In this document: positions 1-9,462 of the stretch, in pieces
Numbering within the stretch: position 1 is the first letter of the stretch
How the letters are laid out: every line of letters begins with the position of its first letter
Made by a program: the position numbers and the translations under genes
From: Candidatus Kaiserbacteria bacterium
GTDB taxonomy: Bacteria; Patescibacteriota; Minisyncoccia; Phycocordibacterales; UBA2100
Direction of reading: 5' to 3'
Assembly: GCA_027066795.1 (NCBI GenBank)
Contig: JAMONA010000013.1
Span: 1 to 45,982 of the forward strand
Length of the DNA stretch: 45,982 bases
Notes under the pieces: generated by a model
Database searches by the model: none
Seen by the model: only the letters and a program-made list of their open reading frames with translations
What the model was told of the DNA's origin: nothing

Positions 1-1
1 A

Positions 2-988
2 AATAAGAACATAACATTTACAGATGCTGTAAGAGGAGAGATAACCATAGATACTACCGACTTCGGCGATTTTGTAATCGCTCGCTCTATAAGTAACCCT
101 CTATACCACTTGACTGTCGTTGTAGACGACATAGACATGCATATAACACATATAATAAGAGGCGAGGACCACATAACCTCTACACCGCGCCAAATACTCC
201 TTATAGAGGCCTTATCTGGTACAGTGCCTAACTACGCACACTTACCACTTATAGTTGGTTCAGATAAGAAGAAGTTAGGTAAAAGACATGGGGCAGTATC
301 CTACAAAGAGTTCGCTGAGTTAGGATACCTGCCAGAGGCAATCATAAACTACCTAGCACTACTAGGTTGGAATGCCAGCGATGACAAAGAGTTTTACACT
401 ATGACTGAGTTAATAGAAGAGTTCACTCTTGATGGCGTGCATAAGGCACCAGCAATGTTCTCTTACGAAAAACTGGACTCTATAAACAAGCACCATCTAT
501 TACAAATCAGTGATGCGGTTTTTAAAAAAACTGCACGAGAATGTCTTACAGACGAAGTAAGAAACTTTATAAACTCGACGGATGCAGCAGTAAACGAACT
601 AATACTAAACACCGTAATAAGAGAGCGTATAAATAAGTGGTCTGACATAAAAGATGTATGCAACACCGAACTTGGCTGGCTAGATACAGTAAAAAGCATT
701 GATAGCACTAAAGTGGTATGGAAAAAGAGCACCGCAGAAGAAACCAAAAAACACTTATCTAAGACTCTAACAATCTTGTCTAAATTAAATGATGATGGTT
801 GGACTGAGAAAACTATAAAAGATGCACTGTGGCCATACGCAGAGGAAGTAGGGAAAGGTGATGTACTGTGGCCAATGCGCTACTCTCTAACAGGCCAAGA
901 GCGGTCGCCAGACCCATTCACAGTTGCCTTTATACTTGGTAAAAAAGAGACGATTGATCGTATAGACTCTTCTGTAAAATCTATGTAG
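2..988 (+). CDS. gltX: Glutamate--tRNA ligase (5'-truncated by window edge)
   Basis: Frame is open from position 2 (…FGDFVIARS…PLYHLTVVVDD…ITHIIRGEDH). KMSKS-type motif KLGKRHG, LLGW, and C-terminal anticodon-binding helices (LWPMRYSLTG…SP). Confidence 0.95.
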   Translation, partial: NKNITFTDAVRGEITIDTTDFGDFVIARSISNPLYHLTVVVDDIDMHITHIIRGEDHITSTPRQILLIEALSGTVPNYAHLPLIVGSDKKKLGKRHGAVSYKEFAELGYLPEAIINYLALLGWNASDDKEFYTMTELIEEFTLDGVHKAPAMFSYEKLDSINKHHLLQISDAVFKKTARECLTDEVRNFINSTDAAVNELILNTVIRERINKWSDIKDVCNTELGWLDTVKSIDSTKVVWKKSTAEETKKHLSKTLTILSKLNDDGWTEKTIKDALWPYAEEVGKGDVLWPMRYSLTGQERSPDPFTVAFILGKKETIDRIDSSVKSM

Positions 989-1024
989 ATATATAGATTA
1001 ATTCTATTATGTTATAATATAATA

Positions 1025-2272
1025 ATGCGACTTTTTATATTATTTATAGCTATATTATTCAGTACAGCAAGTGTGCATGCTCAAGAGTCTGCTGGTTCGT
1101 TACGTACCAAGATACAAGGGAACAGGGGGGAGATACAGAAAATAGAAAAAGAGATTAAAGAGTACGAAAAAAATCTAGACGAAGTTCTTGGTAAAAAGAA
1201 AACTCTACAAAACAGTATCTATACATTAGACCAATCTCGTAAGAAGACAAGTGCGAATATTAGACTTACTGAAAATAAGATATCTCTTACAAAGAGAAAA
1301 ATATCCTCTCTTGTTGATAACATTACGTACCATGTAAACCAAATACAAAGCGGTACCGCAGGCTTAGCACAAGCATTACGCCGTATGAACGAAGTAGAGG
1401 ATAATTCGTTCATAGAGGCACTATTACAAAAAAATAATATGGCCAGTGCTTGGACAGCAGTTGAATCACTCCGTCAATTTCAATCTGTAGTTGGCACTAG
1501 AGTAAAGTCTTTAGAACAAATAAAAGAAGACCTAAGCTCATCTAAAGAGTCCAAAGAAGAAGAAACCCGTAGGCTCTCAACAGAAAAAGATGAGTTAGCA
1601 AGTGACAAGTTAGTATTAGATATAAATAGAAATGCTAAAAATAAACTTCTAAAAACAACTAAGAACCAAGAGAGTGCTTACCAAAAAATACTAGCTGATA
1701 AGCGTAAGTCTAAACAGGCTTTTGAGGCACAAATGGCTGCTTTTGAGGCACAACTTGAATTTATATTAAATAAAGATAATATACCTAAAGAGGGTAGTGC
1801 CATATTTAACTGGCCTGTGGCTAGTCAGTATGTCACACAATATTTTGGCAATACAAAGTTTGCAAACTCTGGTGCTTATAACGGCAGGGGACACAACGGG
1901 ATAGACCTTAGAGCACCAATAGGTACAAGAGTAAACGCAACACTAAATGGCACAGTCTTAGATACAAATACAAAGGTCGCAAAACATTGCCAATATGGCA
2001 AATGGATACTTATTGACCACAACAATGGTCTAACCACTCTATATGCACACCTTAGCAATATTTCTGTGAGTAAAGGGCAAGCTGTAGCAACAGGGCAACG
2101 AATAGGCTACTCTGGCGACACAGGTTACGCATTTGGTCCACATTTACATTTTACAACATATGCGTCTGGAGCTGTAAAATTTAAACAATACAAATGTAAA
2201 AGTACTGGTACAGTTGTTAAGGTTCCTATATCTGCCTATAGCGGATACCTTAACCCTCTAGATTACCTATAA
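1025..2272 (+). CDS. Secreted coiled-coil + M23 metallopeptidase (EnvC/murein hydrolase activator-like)
   Basis: Signal peptide, long coiled coil, then M23 motifs HNGIDL, TLYAHL, GYSGDTG and GPHLHF. Confidence 0.9.
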   Translation: MRLFILFIAILFSTASVHAQESAGSLRTKIQGNRGEIQKIEKEIKEYEKNLDEVLGKKKTLQNSIYTLDQSRKKTSANIRLTENKISLTKRKISSLVDNITYHVNQIQSGTAGLAQALRRMNEVEDNSFIEALLQKNNMASAWTAVESLRQFQSVVGTRVKSLEQIKEDLSSSKESKEEETRRLSTEKDELASDKLVLDINRNAKNKLLKTTKNQESAYQKILADKRKSKQAFEAQMAAFEAQLEFILNKDNIPKEGSAIFNWPVASQYVTQYFGNTKFANSGAYNGRGHNGIDLRAPIGTRVNATLNGTVLDTNTKVAKHCQYGKWILIDHNNGLTTLYAHLSNISVSKGQAVATGQRIGYSGDTGYAFGPHLHFTTYASGAVKFKQYKCKSTGTVVKVPISAYSGYLNPLDYL

Positions 2273-2338
2273 CCATATTCGCAATAAAAATTAGGCAAAT
2301 AGTAGAAGGAGAGAGGTAGTAATACTCAACTACGTATA

Positions 2339-2366
2339 GTGTCGCACAATATACATTTAACGACTC
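2339..2366. other. dif-like (Xer) recombination site candidate
   Basis: 11-6-11 layout GTGTCGCACAA-TATACA-TTTAACGACTC with partly palindromic arms. The minus-strand core TGTATA matches the E. coli dif core. It lies between convergent genes. Confidence 0.45.
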
Positions 2367-2392
2367 TTGAGTTACTTATATGTTAGTGTCTC

Positions 2393-3043
2393 TTACTTAG
2401 TACAAATTACTTTAATATTACCAAACTCTGACTTATACAACTTGTTTGTGCTAAACTTACACTCCTCTACCAGACCCTGTACCTCTTCCTCATTATACAA
2501 GCATACTTTACCACCTATACTGTAGACGTCTTTACCTACCTCCCCCACCTCACAAAATCTATCAGCAACAGGGGAGTCAGCGCACTCATAACCGCCAGCT
2601 AGCTTACTGTCTATACCAGACAAGCTCATAAAGAGCTTCCCCTGTTGTAACATTTTATTATAAATTAGAGTTAGGACATTCTGTGCATGCTTATTTTCTA
2701 TATGGTGTAATGTGCGCTGTAATACAGCAACTACGATTTCAGTAGGGAGGTCCTCCCCTGTTAGATTATTTATATCTATTTTTTTAAAGTGTAACCTATC
2801 CGAGATGTCTAGAGCCTCTCCTACCCTATCATAATAGCTTTCCAAATCTTGTATATCATAAAGCCATACATCGAAACCTATTAGCGCCAGTATGATAGAC
2901 ACCCTACCAGAACCGCACCCTATATCTACTGCCACCTTCTTGCCTTTATAATCTATTGCAAACTCTACCACTTCCCTATCTATGTCATCTAGACGGGTTT
3001 TTGAAATGTCTATACCGTGCTTTGTTGCGTCTCTATGCCTCAT
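2393..3043 (-). CDS. Class I SAM-dependent methyltransferase
   Basis: Motif I VDIGCGSGR, acidic motif II (LYDI), and LHHI…GGKL-like downstream motifs. Confidence 0.85.
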   Translation of the reverse strand: MRHRDATKHGIDISKTRLDDIDREVVEFAIDYKGKKVAVDIGCGSGRVSIILALIGFDVWLYDIQDLESYYDRVGEALDISDRLHFKKIDINNLTGEDLPTEIVVAVLQRTLHHIENKHAQNVLTLIYNKMLQQGKLFMSLSGIDSKLAGGYECADSPVADRFCEVGEVGKDVYSIGGKVCLYNEEEVQGLVEECKFSTNKLYKSEFGNIKVICTK

Positions 3044-3641
3044 TATTTATCCAAGGTATTTCAAACTGATCAAACTCTGGCAATAGTTTTTTACCGTATA
3101 AGAGGCGCGATATTACCTCTGCATGACTTAGTGCACCTGTTAAAGCATTATGTGGCTGTGGCTCCTCTGGTATACCGCAGTAGTTAAGTATAGCATCAAG
3201 ATTAAGAGAGCTCCTTTTATGCTCTGTGTCTAAGGGTGCCTCTAAGCCCATATTTATATGATGCATCCAAGCTAGTGAGTGTGTATCTATAGTACGATGT
3301 GCAAATGGGTACTCCATACCGGCTCTCTTGCACGCCGCTTGTACATAGTCTCTATCAAATGAGACGTTTTGCCCAGCCAAAGTCTTGTTTTTAGCTACCT
3401 GTTCGCTCCAATCTATAAAGTTTCGTATCAGTTCAGCCTCGGTCATTTTGTTTTCATCTCTGACCTCATCGTCTGTAAACCCGTTAATGCCCAAAGCCTC
3501 TTCAGAAACTTCTGCACCGTCCCATATTTTACACTCTGCATAAAATCTATTTGTAGGGTTATCCAGGTCTAAAGCACCTAAACTCACTATGGAGTGTGTG
3601 TCGTAACCAAGTCCTGATGCCTCAATGTCTAATACTAACAT
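3033..3641 (-). CDS. DEDDh-family 3'-5' exonuclease (DnaQ/RNase T-like)
   Basis: ExoI LDIEASG, ExoII GQNVSFD, IDT, and ExoIII-like HNALTGA. Confidence 0.85.
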   Translation of the reverse strand: MLVLDIEASGLGYDTHSIVSLGALDLDNPTNRFYAECKIWDGAEVSEEALGINGFTDDEVRDENKMTEAELIRNFIDWSEQVAKNKTLAGQNVSFDRDYVQAACKRAGMEYPFAHRTIDTHSLAWMHHINMGLEAPLDTEHKRSSLNLDAILNYCGIPEEPQPHNALTGALSHAEVISRLLYGKKLLPEFDQFEIPWINNEA

Positions 3642-3650
3642 ACTCTTATT

Positions 3651-4013
3651 CTACTCTAATCCATTACAATTACCAGCTGGAGTATACCCCGCTGCCCGTG
3701 CCTGTTTTATAGATGTATACCATCTCTTATTTGTATCGCTCATTTTAAGTGCGCCACTACACCATGGATAATGGTATCTCTTACCGTTTTTAGATACTAC
3801 CACCTCCCCTCTATTATCATATATAGGCCTAGGGTTAAGGTTTGTATCGTAAGTAAGCTTTATGTGCTCGCGCTGTTCACCTAATGCAGATAGTCTACCA
3901 AGTCCAAATGAACTAAATCCCACCAACAAAACAATCACCCCTACCAAAAACTCTAAGGGCACCAATGTATAAAAGTGCTTGATTTTATGTAATATTTCTT
4001 TTATACTACTCAT
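3651..4013 (-). CDS. Membrane-anchored protein with Ada-type metal-binding-like C-terminal domain
   Basis: One transmembrane helix followed by SKNGKRYHYPWC…ARAAGYTPAGNC. Confidence 0.65.
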   Translation of the reverse strand: MSSIKEILHKIKHFYTLVPLEFLVGVIVLLVGFSSFGLGRLSALGEQREHIKLTYDTNLNPRPIYDNRGEVVVSKNGKRYHYPWCSGALKMSDTNKRWYTSIKQARAAGYTPAGNCNGLE

Positions 4014-4105
4014 CGAGCTAAGTATACCAGACTATCTCTTGTACAAAAATTTGTACAAGTAAGATTCTCTAATTTAACCTTACTCCTAATAATATTTAAG
4101 ACATT

Positions 4106-4384
4106 ATGGCACATAAAAAAGCAGGTGGATCAGCAAAAAACTTACGAGACTCAAATGCACAGTATTTGGGGCTTAAGCTAGGTGACGGACAGGCTGCTAA
4201 AGAGGGCGAGATTATACTACGTCAACGTGGTACTAAAATTCTTAAAGGTGCTAACGTAGGAATTGGTAAAGACCATACGCTGTATGCACTCAAGGCTGGT
4301 ATAGTAAAGTTTAGTCACATACGTAAGACAAACTTTACAGGAAAGACTTTTCGTCGTAGACGAGTTGAGGTTGTTGCAGCATAA
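4106..4384 (+). CDS. rpmA: 50S ribosomal protein L27
   Basis: MAHKKAGGS…RDS…LGLK…RQRGT…GKDHTLYA. Confidence 0.98.
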   Translation: MAHKKAGGSAKNLRDSNAQYLGLKLGDGQAAKEGEIILRQRGTKILKGANVGIGKDHTLYALKAGIVKFSHIRKTNFTGKTFRRRRVEVVAA

Positions 4385-4398
4385 CCAAATTCAAATAA

Positions 4399-5121
4399 TT
4401 ATAACTGAGCATAGACGGATACACTCCGTCTTTTGTTTGGTCTACCGTTTTTAATATGATTATGAGATTTTAATATCTTGTGTAATGTAAAATATTTACC
4501 AAACTCCTCCTTTATTTCGTGCATTGTACTAACGTGCTCTTCTACACCCATCTTAGGGTGGATATATGTACCTTCCTCTCTTGCTGGGTACTCTCGTAGT
4601 AGCTTTTTTGCATTTCTGTCTTCGTCTAATAAGAAAGTTTTATAAAATAACCATCCACCCGGTTTAAGTACTCTTTTTATTTCACTTCGTAGTAATTCCC
4701 TACTGTCAGCACCCAAAAAATGTGATGCCATCATATCAAGTACTAGGTCTACAGAGTCGTCTGGCAAGTCTATTGTGCCATCCATCTTGTGTACACTATA
4801 TGTTAGGTCTAAGCCATCACTGTGCCCTCGCGCACTCTCTATAGCCTCTTGAGATATGTCAAAGCCAGACCCAACCATAGCAAACTCTTTAGCCAAGTAT
4901 ATTAAGTTGCGTCCGTTGCCACAACCAATGTCATACACATAGCTACCCTGATCTAAGTCAAAGACACCTTCTTGCTTATCTACCCAGTGTAAAAACTTTA
5001 CCAAGTCCCCACTAGGGTTTGTAGATATACCTAGGTTCTCATCTTTTTTACTATCATATTCAGAATTCCAAAACTTCTTACCTTGATTGTTCCTAGATCT
5101 TTTAAAAATCTTCTTTACCAT
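4399..5121 (-). CDS. Class I SAM-dependent methyltransferase
   Basis: YDIGCGNGRN, GFDIS and RVLKPGG motifs. Start moved to the ATG at 5121 to avoid overlapping the upstream gene. Confidence 0.88.
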   Translation of the reverse strand: MVKKIFKRSRNNQGKKFWNSEYDSKKDENLGISTNPSGDLVKFLHWVDKQEGVFDLDQGSYVYDIGCGNGRNLIYLAKEFAMVGSGFDISQEAIESARGHSDGLDLTYSVHKMDGTIDLPDDSVDLVLDMMASHFLGADSRELLRSEIKRVLKPGGWLFYKTFLLDEDRNAKKLLREYPAREEGTYIHPKMGVEEHVSTMHEIKEEFGKYFTLHKILKSHNHIKNGRPNKRRSVSVYAQL

Positions 5122-5128
5122 ATTATAA

Positions 5129-5749
5129 TTAAGCAGCAAGGACGACGACCTCGCCATTTTTACCGTCTAAATCTTTCTTCTTTAATACAAGCTTTTCTAA
5201 GGCAACAACTCCCTCTGCGCTAGACTCCTTTAAGAATGCCTGTAATGAGTCGTCCTCGTAAAAAACAGGTATTACCATCTTGGCCTCAAGACTATTAGCT
5301 AGCTTATTTGCCACTGCTGCGTCTATCGTACTCTCACCAAGTATTGGTACAAATAATATATCTATGTCGTCTATACCATCTAACATCTTGCTAGTGAGTT
5401 TCTCGTTACTCAATACCCCTAAGTGTAGTATGTGTACGTCTTCTATATGTATCGAGTATATAGTGTTCATTTTACCCTCACCACCATAGTTAGTACTTGT
5501 GGCTACTCCTTTAGCAAATACACCTCCTACCTCATACTCCCCGGCACCATCTATGACAAACAGCTCTTTACCTGTGCGTGTTACAGAGTCTGTACCATTA
5601 CAGTCTGGATGATTTATAGAAACTAAGGCTAAATCTGCACCAAATTTCGTCTCCTTAAGTTTAGACTTTTTACTTATTGGATTAATTGCCACAGTAGTGT
5701 CACTACTTGTAATCTTTATAAATCCTCCGTCATGGTATGTAATTATCAT
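5129..5749 (-). CDS. MBL-fold metallo-hydrolase (Lactamase_B_3-like, degenerate metal motif)
   Basis: MIITY…FIKI, SINHPDCN, GAGEYEVGGV, DILFVP and KMVIP. Confidence 0.75.
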   Translation of the reverse strand: MIITYHDGGFIKITSSDTTVAINPISKKSKLKETKFGADLALVSINHPDCNGTDSVTRTGKELFVIDGAGEYEVGGVFAKGVATSTNYGGEGKMNTIYSIHIEDVHILHLGVLSNEKLTSKMLDGIDDIDILFVPILGESTIDAAVANKLANSLEAKMVIPVFYEDDSLQAFLKESSAEGVVALEKLVLKKKDLDGKNGEVVVLAA

Positions 5750-5778
5750 AATTAGTTTTTATTTACGCTATTATAGCA

Positions 5779-6636
5779 TTATAAACCAACTTTTTTAAGT
5801 TGCTCCATTGCTGCTTTTTGCTCTTTATTAAGCCTAGTAGGTATATTTACCGTTACTCTGACTATCATATCTCCTGGTGTGCCACCTTTGCTAGGCTCAC
5901 CTGCGCCGTGTATTTGTACCCCTTGCCCACTCTGTATACCAGCTGGTATTTTAACCTTAATATCTGTCATCTGCTTGTATGAGCCTGCCCCAGCGCAGTC
6001 CTTACACTTGTCCTTGGCTACCTTACCTGTACCGTCACAGTCAGGACAAGGAACCTGCATATTAATAGTACCAAATGGTGTACGACGAGCCTCTTTGGTA
6101 CCACCAGAACCATGACACTTACCGCAAGTTGCTGTATTACCACCCTTGGCACCAGTACCCTGACACGCCTTGCATTCACTTACCTTATTAACTGTTAGTT
6201 CTTTCTCTACGCCTAGGATAGCTTCTGAGAGAGTTATGTCTATGTCCATCTGTATATCTCGCCCTTGACGCTGCCTAGTACGTCCGCCACCGAAGCCTCC
6301 TCCGAATATATCACCTAAGTCAAATTCAAAACCTTGTGCTCCTCCTGCCCCTCCGCCAAAGCCAGAGAAGTCAAACCCGCCTGTGCCCCCGCCGAAGCCT
6401 CCTGCTCCGCCACCGAAGCCTCCACCAGCACTTGCGCCCCCTGTCATGTCATAGTCTGCCCTCTTTTTCTTATCTCCAAGCGTGGCATAAGCCTCACTAG
6501 CCTCTTTAAATTTCTTTTCATCACCTCCTTTTTTGTCAGGGTGGTACTTATGTGCGAGCTTACGAAATGCCTTTTTAACATCTGTATCAGTGGCTCCACG
6601 CTCCACACCTAATATTTTGTAATAATCTTTACCCAT
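5779..6636 (-). CDS. dnaJ: Chaperone DnaJ (short form)
   Basis: J domain with HPD, G/F-rich linker, four CxxCxGxG repeats and a shortened C-terminal domain. Confidence 0.93.
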   Translation of the reverse strand: MGKDYYKILGVERGATDTDVKKAFRKLAHKYHPDKKGGDEKKFKEASEAYATLGDKKKRADYDMTGGASAGGGFGGGAGGFGGGTGGFDFSGFGGGAGGAQGFEFDLGDIFGGGFGGGRTRQRQGRDIQMDIDITLSEAILGVEKELTVNKVSECKACQGTGAKGGNTATCGKCHGSGGTKEARRTPFGTINMQVPCPDCDGTGKVAKDKCKDCAGAGSYKQMTDIKVKIPAGIQSGQGVQIHGAGEPSKGGTPGDMIVRVTVNIPTRLNKEQKAAMEQLKKVGL

Positions 6637-6654
6637 AGTAGAAAATATTGTACC

Positions 6655-7899
6655 TTAAAGACTTAATACCATCAACTGCTTTTTACCCTTGCGTAATATC
6701 GCTATATTATTTACGAAGTCTCCTGCTGTGATATTAAAGTCCGTGTCTAGTATCTTCACACCACTTATACTCACTGCCCCACCCTCTACCATCTTGCGGG
6801 CTTCTGTCTTACTTGTTACGAGCTCTGTATCTACTAATGCATCTATAAGTGACGTAGCATCTACCACTGTCGCTGTGGGGGCTTCAGTCTTTAATGTATC
6901 AACTTCTACAGGACTAAGCTCCTCAACATCTTTACCACCAAATAGTACGTCACTCACGGCTTTAGCAGAGGCAGCTGCCGCATCACTATGTACAAACTTG
7001 GTAACCTCGTAGGCCAATGCCTTTTGTGCAGACCTATCTTGTGGAGTGTCTTGCATTTGTGCAGCTAAGCTTTCTATATCCTCTAATGAAAGTAGTGTAT
7101 ATATCTTTAGTAGTGCATCAGTAGCAGCATCATCGACATTTAAGAAATACTGATATAGCTTATAAGGACTAGTCCTCTCTGCATCTAGCCATAGCGTACC
7201 ATCCTCAGTTTTGCCAAACTTTTTACCTGTTGAGGGGTTTACTATTATAGGTATTGTAAGAACAAATGCATCTGCATCTCTTGTCTTACGTATGTAGTCT
7301 ACTCCAGCCAAGGCGTTGGTCCACTGGTCTGATCCTGATACTTGCAGGGTACAATTATACTCATCTAACAAGTGTCGGAAATCATACCCTTGTAGCAGCG
7401 AATAAGAGAACTCTGTATAAGATATAGGACTCTCTGCATCTAAACGGTCTTTTACAATATCCTTTTTTATCATAGAATTAACGGTAAAGTATTTACCTAC
7501 ATCTCGTAAAAAATCTATTAAGCTAAGCTTAGAGAGCCAGTCTGCATTGTTTACGATTGTTACATCTTTTATGTTTAATATATTCTCTACTTGCTTGCGT
7601 ATACCAGTAATATTTTGTTGTAGTGCTACGTCATCTAAGAGTGTGCGCTCACTCTCTTTACCACCTGGGTCGCCTATCATGCCTGTACCTCCGCCTATAA
7701 GAAGTATAGGTGTGTGGCCAGCATCTGCCAAGTGGCGTACTAACATGTACACAGCCAGGTTACCTATAGTTAGAGACGTGGCCGTGGGGTCTGCACCAAG
7801 GTAAAAGGTACGCTTATCTCCGTCTAATATGTTCTCTAGTGACTCTCCAGAAAATTGATGTATAAACCCACGTGCCTTAAGTTCTTCAGATAACTTCAT
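6655..7899 (-). CDS. tyrS: Tyrosine--tRNA ligase
   Basis: GADPTA.SL.IGN (HIGH-like), YSLLQGYDF, GSDQW, KFGKT and a C-terminal S4 domain. ATG at 7899 preferred as start. Confidence 0.96.
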   Translation of the reverse strand: MKLSEELKARGFIHQFSGESLENILDGDKRTFYLGADPTATSLTIGNLAVYMLVRHLADAGHTPILLIGGGTGMIGDPGGKESERTLLDDVALQQNITGIRKQVENILNIKDVTIVNNADWLSKLSLIDFLRDVGKYFTVNSMIKKDIVKDRLDAESPISYTEFSYSLLQGYDFRHLLDEYNCTLQVSGSDQWTNALAGVDYIRKTRDADAFVLTIPIIVNPSTGKKFGKTEDGTLWLDAERTSPYKLYQYFLNVDDAATDALLKIYTLLSLEDIESLAAQMQDTPQDRSAQKALAYEVTKFVHSDAAAASAKAVSDVLFGGKDVEELSPVEVDTLKTEAPTATVVDATSLIDALVDTELVTSKTEARKMVEGGAVSISGVKILDTDFNITAGDFVNNIAILRKGKKQLMVLSL

Positions 7900-7909
7900 A
7901 AGCAAAATT

Positions 7910-8623
7910 TTAACACGTATCTAACTTCTCTACTAGCTCTTGCAACTCACCCATAAACTGATTACGTACATCTACCGCATATGGATTATGCTCTTGTATT
8001 GTTTTGAAAAGGTCCCAAGTATCATTTGCCAACAAGTCCTTAAGTCTAATTAACTCCCTATAGCTGTGAGTACTCATGTCCATATTTTTAATCTCCATAT
8101 TTTTAAGAGCCCTAGCGATAAAGTGACTCAGGCCCTGCACTAGCGCCATCTCTTTATCATGCTCTTTCGCTGACTTTTCTACTATCTTAAGTTTTAACTC
8201 ACTAGCCAGAAAGGCTTTTATCTCATTGTATCTATTGTTACCCAAAGAAACATTAGTCAGTGCTATAGGCAGGCCTTCGACGCCACCATTTTCTCTTTCT
8301 GATTGTGGGCCAAATATAGGGTGTGTACCAAGTATCTCATTGTTAGGGAAATGCTTTTTAAGTATCTCTATCGGCTGCACTTTTACAGAGGCTACATCCA
8401 TAACAATCGCCTCTTTCTTTATATACTTACTAGCCAACGCGCATGATGTATCTAAAAATTGTACAGGTATACTAAATATTACGATATCACTGTCACAAGT
8501 CTCTTCTAGGGTATCATGCTCACCTCCCCTCTTATATATACGCACTTCAAAATAACCTTTGAGATACTTATGCATCAATTTACCAAATTGCCCGTAACCT
8601 ATAATGCCTATTGTCTTACTCAT
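7910..8623 (-). CDS. tyrA: Prephenate/arogenate dehydrogenase
   Basis: Rossmann GIIGYGQFG, DVASVK, THPIFGP and EHDKEMA…QGLSH. ATG at 8623 follows a -10 box. Confidence 0.88.
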   Translation of the reverse strand: MSKTIGIIGYGQFGKLMHKYLKGYFEVRIYKRGGEHDTLEETCDSDIVIFSIPVQFLDTSCALASKYIKKEAIVMDVASVKVQPIEILKKHFPNNEILGTHPIFGPQSERENGGVEGLPIALTNVSLGNNRYNEIKAFLASELKLKIVEKSAKEHDKEMALVQGLSHFIARALKNMEIKNMDMSTHSYRELIRLKDLLANDTWDLFKTIQEHNPYAVDVRNQFMGELQELVEKLDTC

Positions 8624-8669
8624 AAAAACTATAGTACCACACATTAAAAACCATGAACTTCTCATTATA

Positions 8670-8709
8670 AAAGCCCTGTGGCGATATCTCTATCACTACA
8701 AGGCTTTTT
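8670..8709 (-). terminator. Intrinsic terminator hairpin after the 8721-9092 orphan
   Basis: AAAAGCCCTGTGGCGATA-tctc-TATCACTACAAGGCTTTT imperfect inverted repeat with A/T tails. Confidence 0.65.
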
Positions 8710-8720
8710 GTATGAGGGAC

Positions 8721-9092
8721 CTATTCATCGCCATCTGTTAAAGCTGATTTAATTTCAACAGTAAAACTTTCAATAGCGTCAGGGATAGATTTTGGCTTGA
8801 AAGGCCTTACCATCATGTACCAACCATTGACCCTGTTATGTGCTATGCATACAACAGGGCCGTGACCCATGACTGATATGGACTTTGTAACCAGAAGCAT
8901 GCCGAGACATGTTCCAGTAACCACAGAGTCAATACTGGTGTAGTACTTAACACCTTCTTGATCCCCTTGCTGCACAATTTTAATACAAATTTTCGTACCA
9001 ACTAAACCGGCAACTAATGGAGTTGTTATGCCTCCATCTCTCAAGGCTTTCATAGCTGCAGCCTGCATTTTGGCTTCTGTTTGGTCTGGCAT
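8721..9092 (-). CDS. Hypothetical protein (orphan with own promoter, SD and terminator)
   Basis: 123-aa ORF with an AAGGAG SD upstream of the ATG, a TGcTATATT extended -10 and a downstream hairpin. Confidence 0.7.
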   Translation of the reverse strand: MPDQTEAKMQAAAMKALRDGGITTPLVAGLVGTKICIKIVQQGDQEGVKYYTSIDSVVTGTCLGMLLVTKSISVMGHGPVVCIAHNRVNGWYMMVRPFKPKSIPDAIESFTVEIKSALTDGDE

Positions 9093-9151
9093 TCATATAC
9101 TCCTTTTAATAAAAGTGCCCCAAGTGAATATAGCACACTATATGTATGTTG

Positions 9152-9457
9152 TTAATCTTCGTCACCGCTCTTAGAGACTTTGATAAACTCTAGTATAAGT
9201 TCTATGGCTATAGACTCATTGTCGAACTCCCTTATGTCATTAAATATATTAAACCTATCCTCCATACCTAGCAGAGCTGCCAAAGCGTTTATATTACGCA
9301 CATACATAATAGCTGACCACAACACACGATATTGAAGAGCTGAGAGTACCTCACCATTTATAAGGCTATCTAGTAGTAGTGGTGCATCTGTTATCGGCTC
9401 TATATTATTTGGGCTTATTCCATCTGTTATCAACATTACCGGCTTGTCATCAAGCAC
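9152..9457 (-). CDS. Hypothetical protein
   Basis: 101-aa acidic ORF that fills the gap. GTG start is uncertain and no motif is recognised. Confidence 0.5.
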   Translation of the reverse strand: MLDDKPVMLITDGISPNNIEPITDAPLLLDSLINGEVLSALQYRVLWSAIMYVRNINALAALLGMEDRFNIFNDIREFDNESIAIELILEFIKVSKSGDED

Positions 9458-9462
9458 TAGAG

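Noticed and set aside
1717..1752. Direct repeat GCTTTTGAGGCACAA in the M23 gene
   Set aside because: Encodes the AFEAQ heptad repeat of the coiled coil.
6284..6440. Repeated CCGCCACCGAAGCCTCC-type units in dnaJ
   Set aside because: These encode the GGFGG repeats of the G/F-rich linker.
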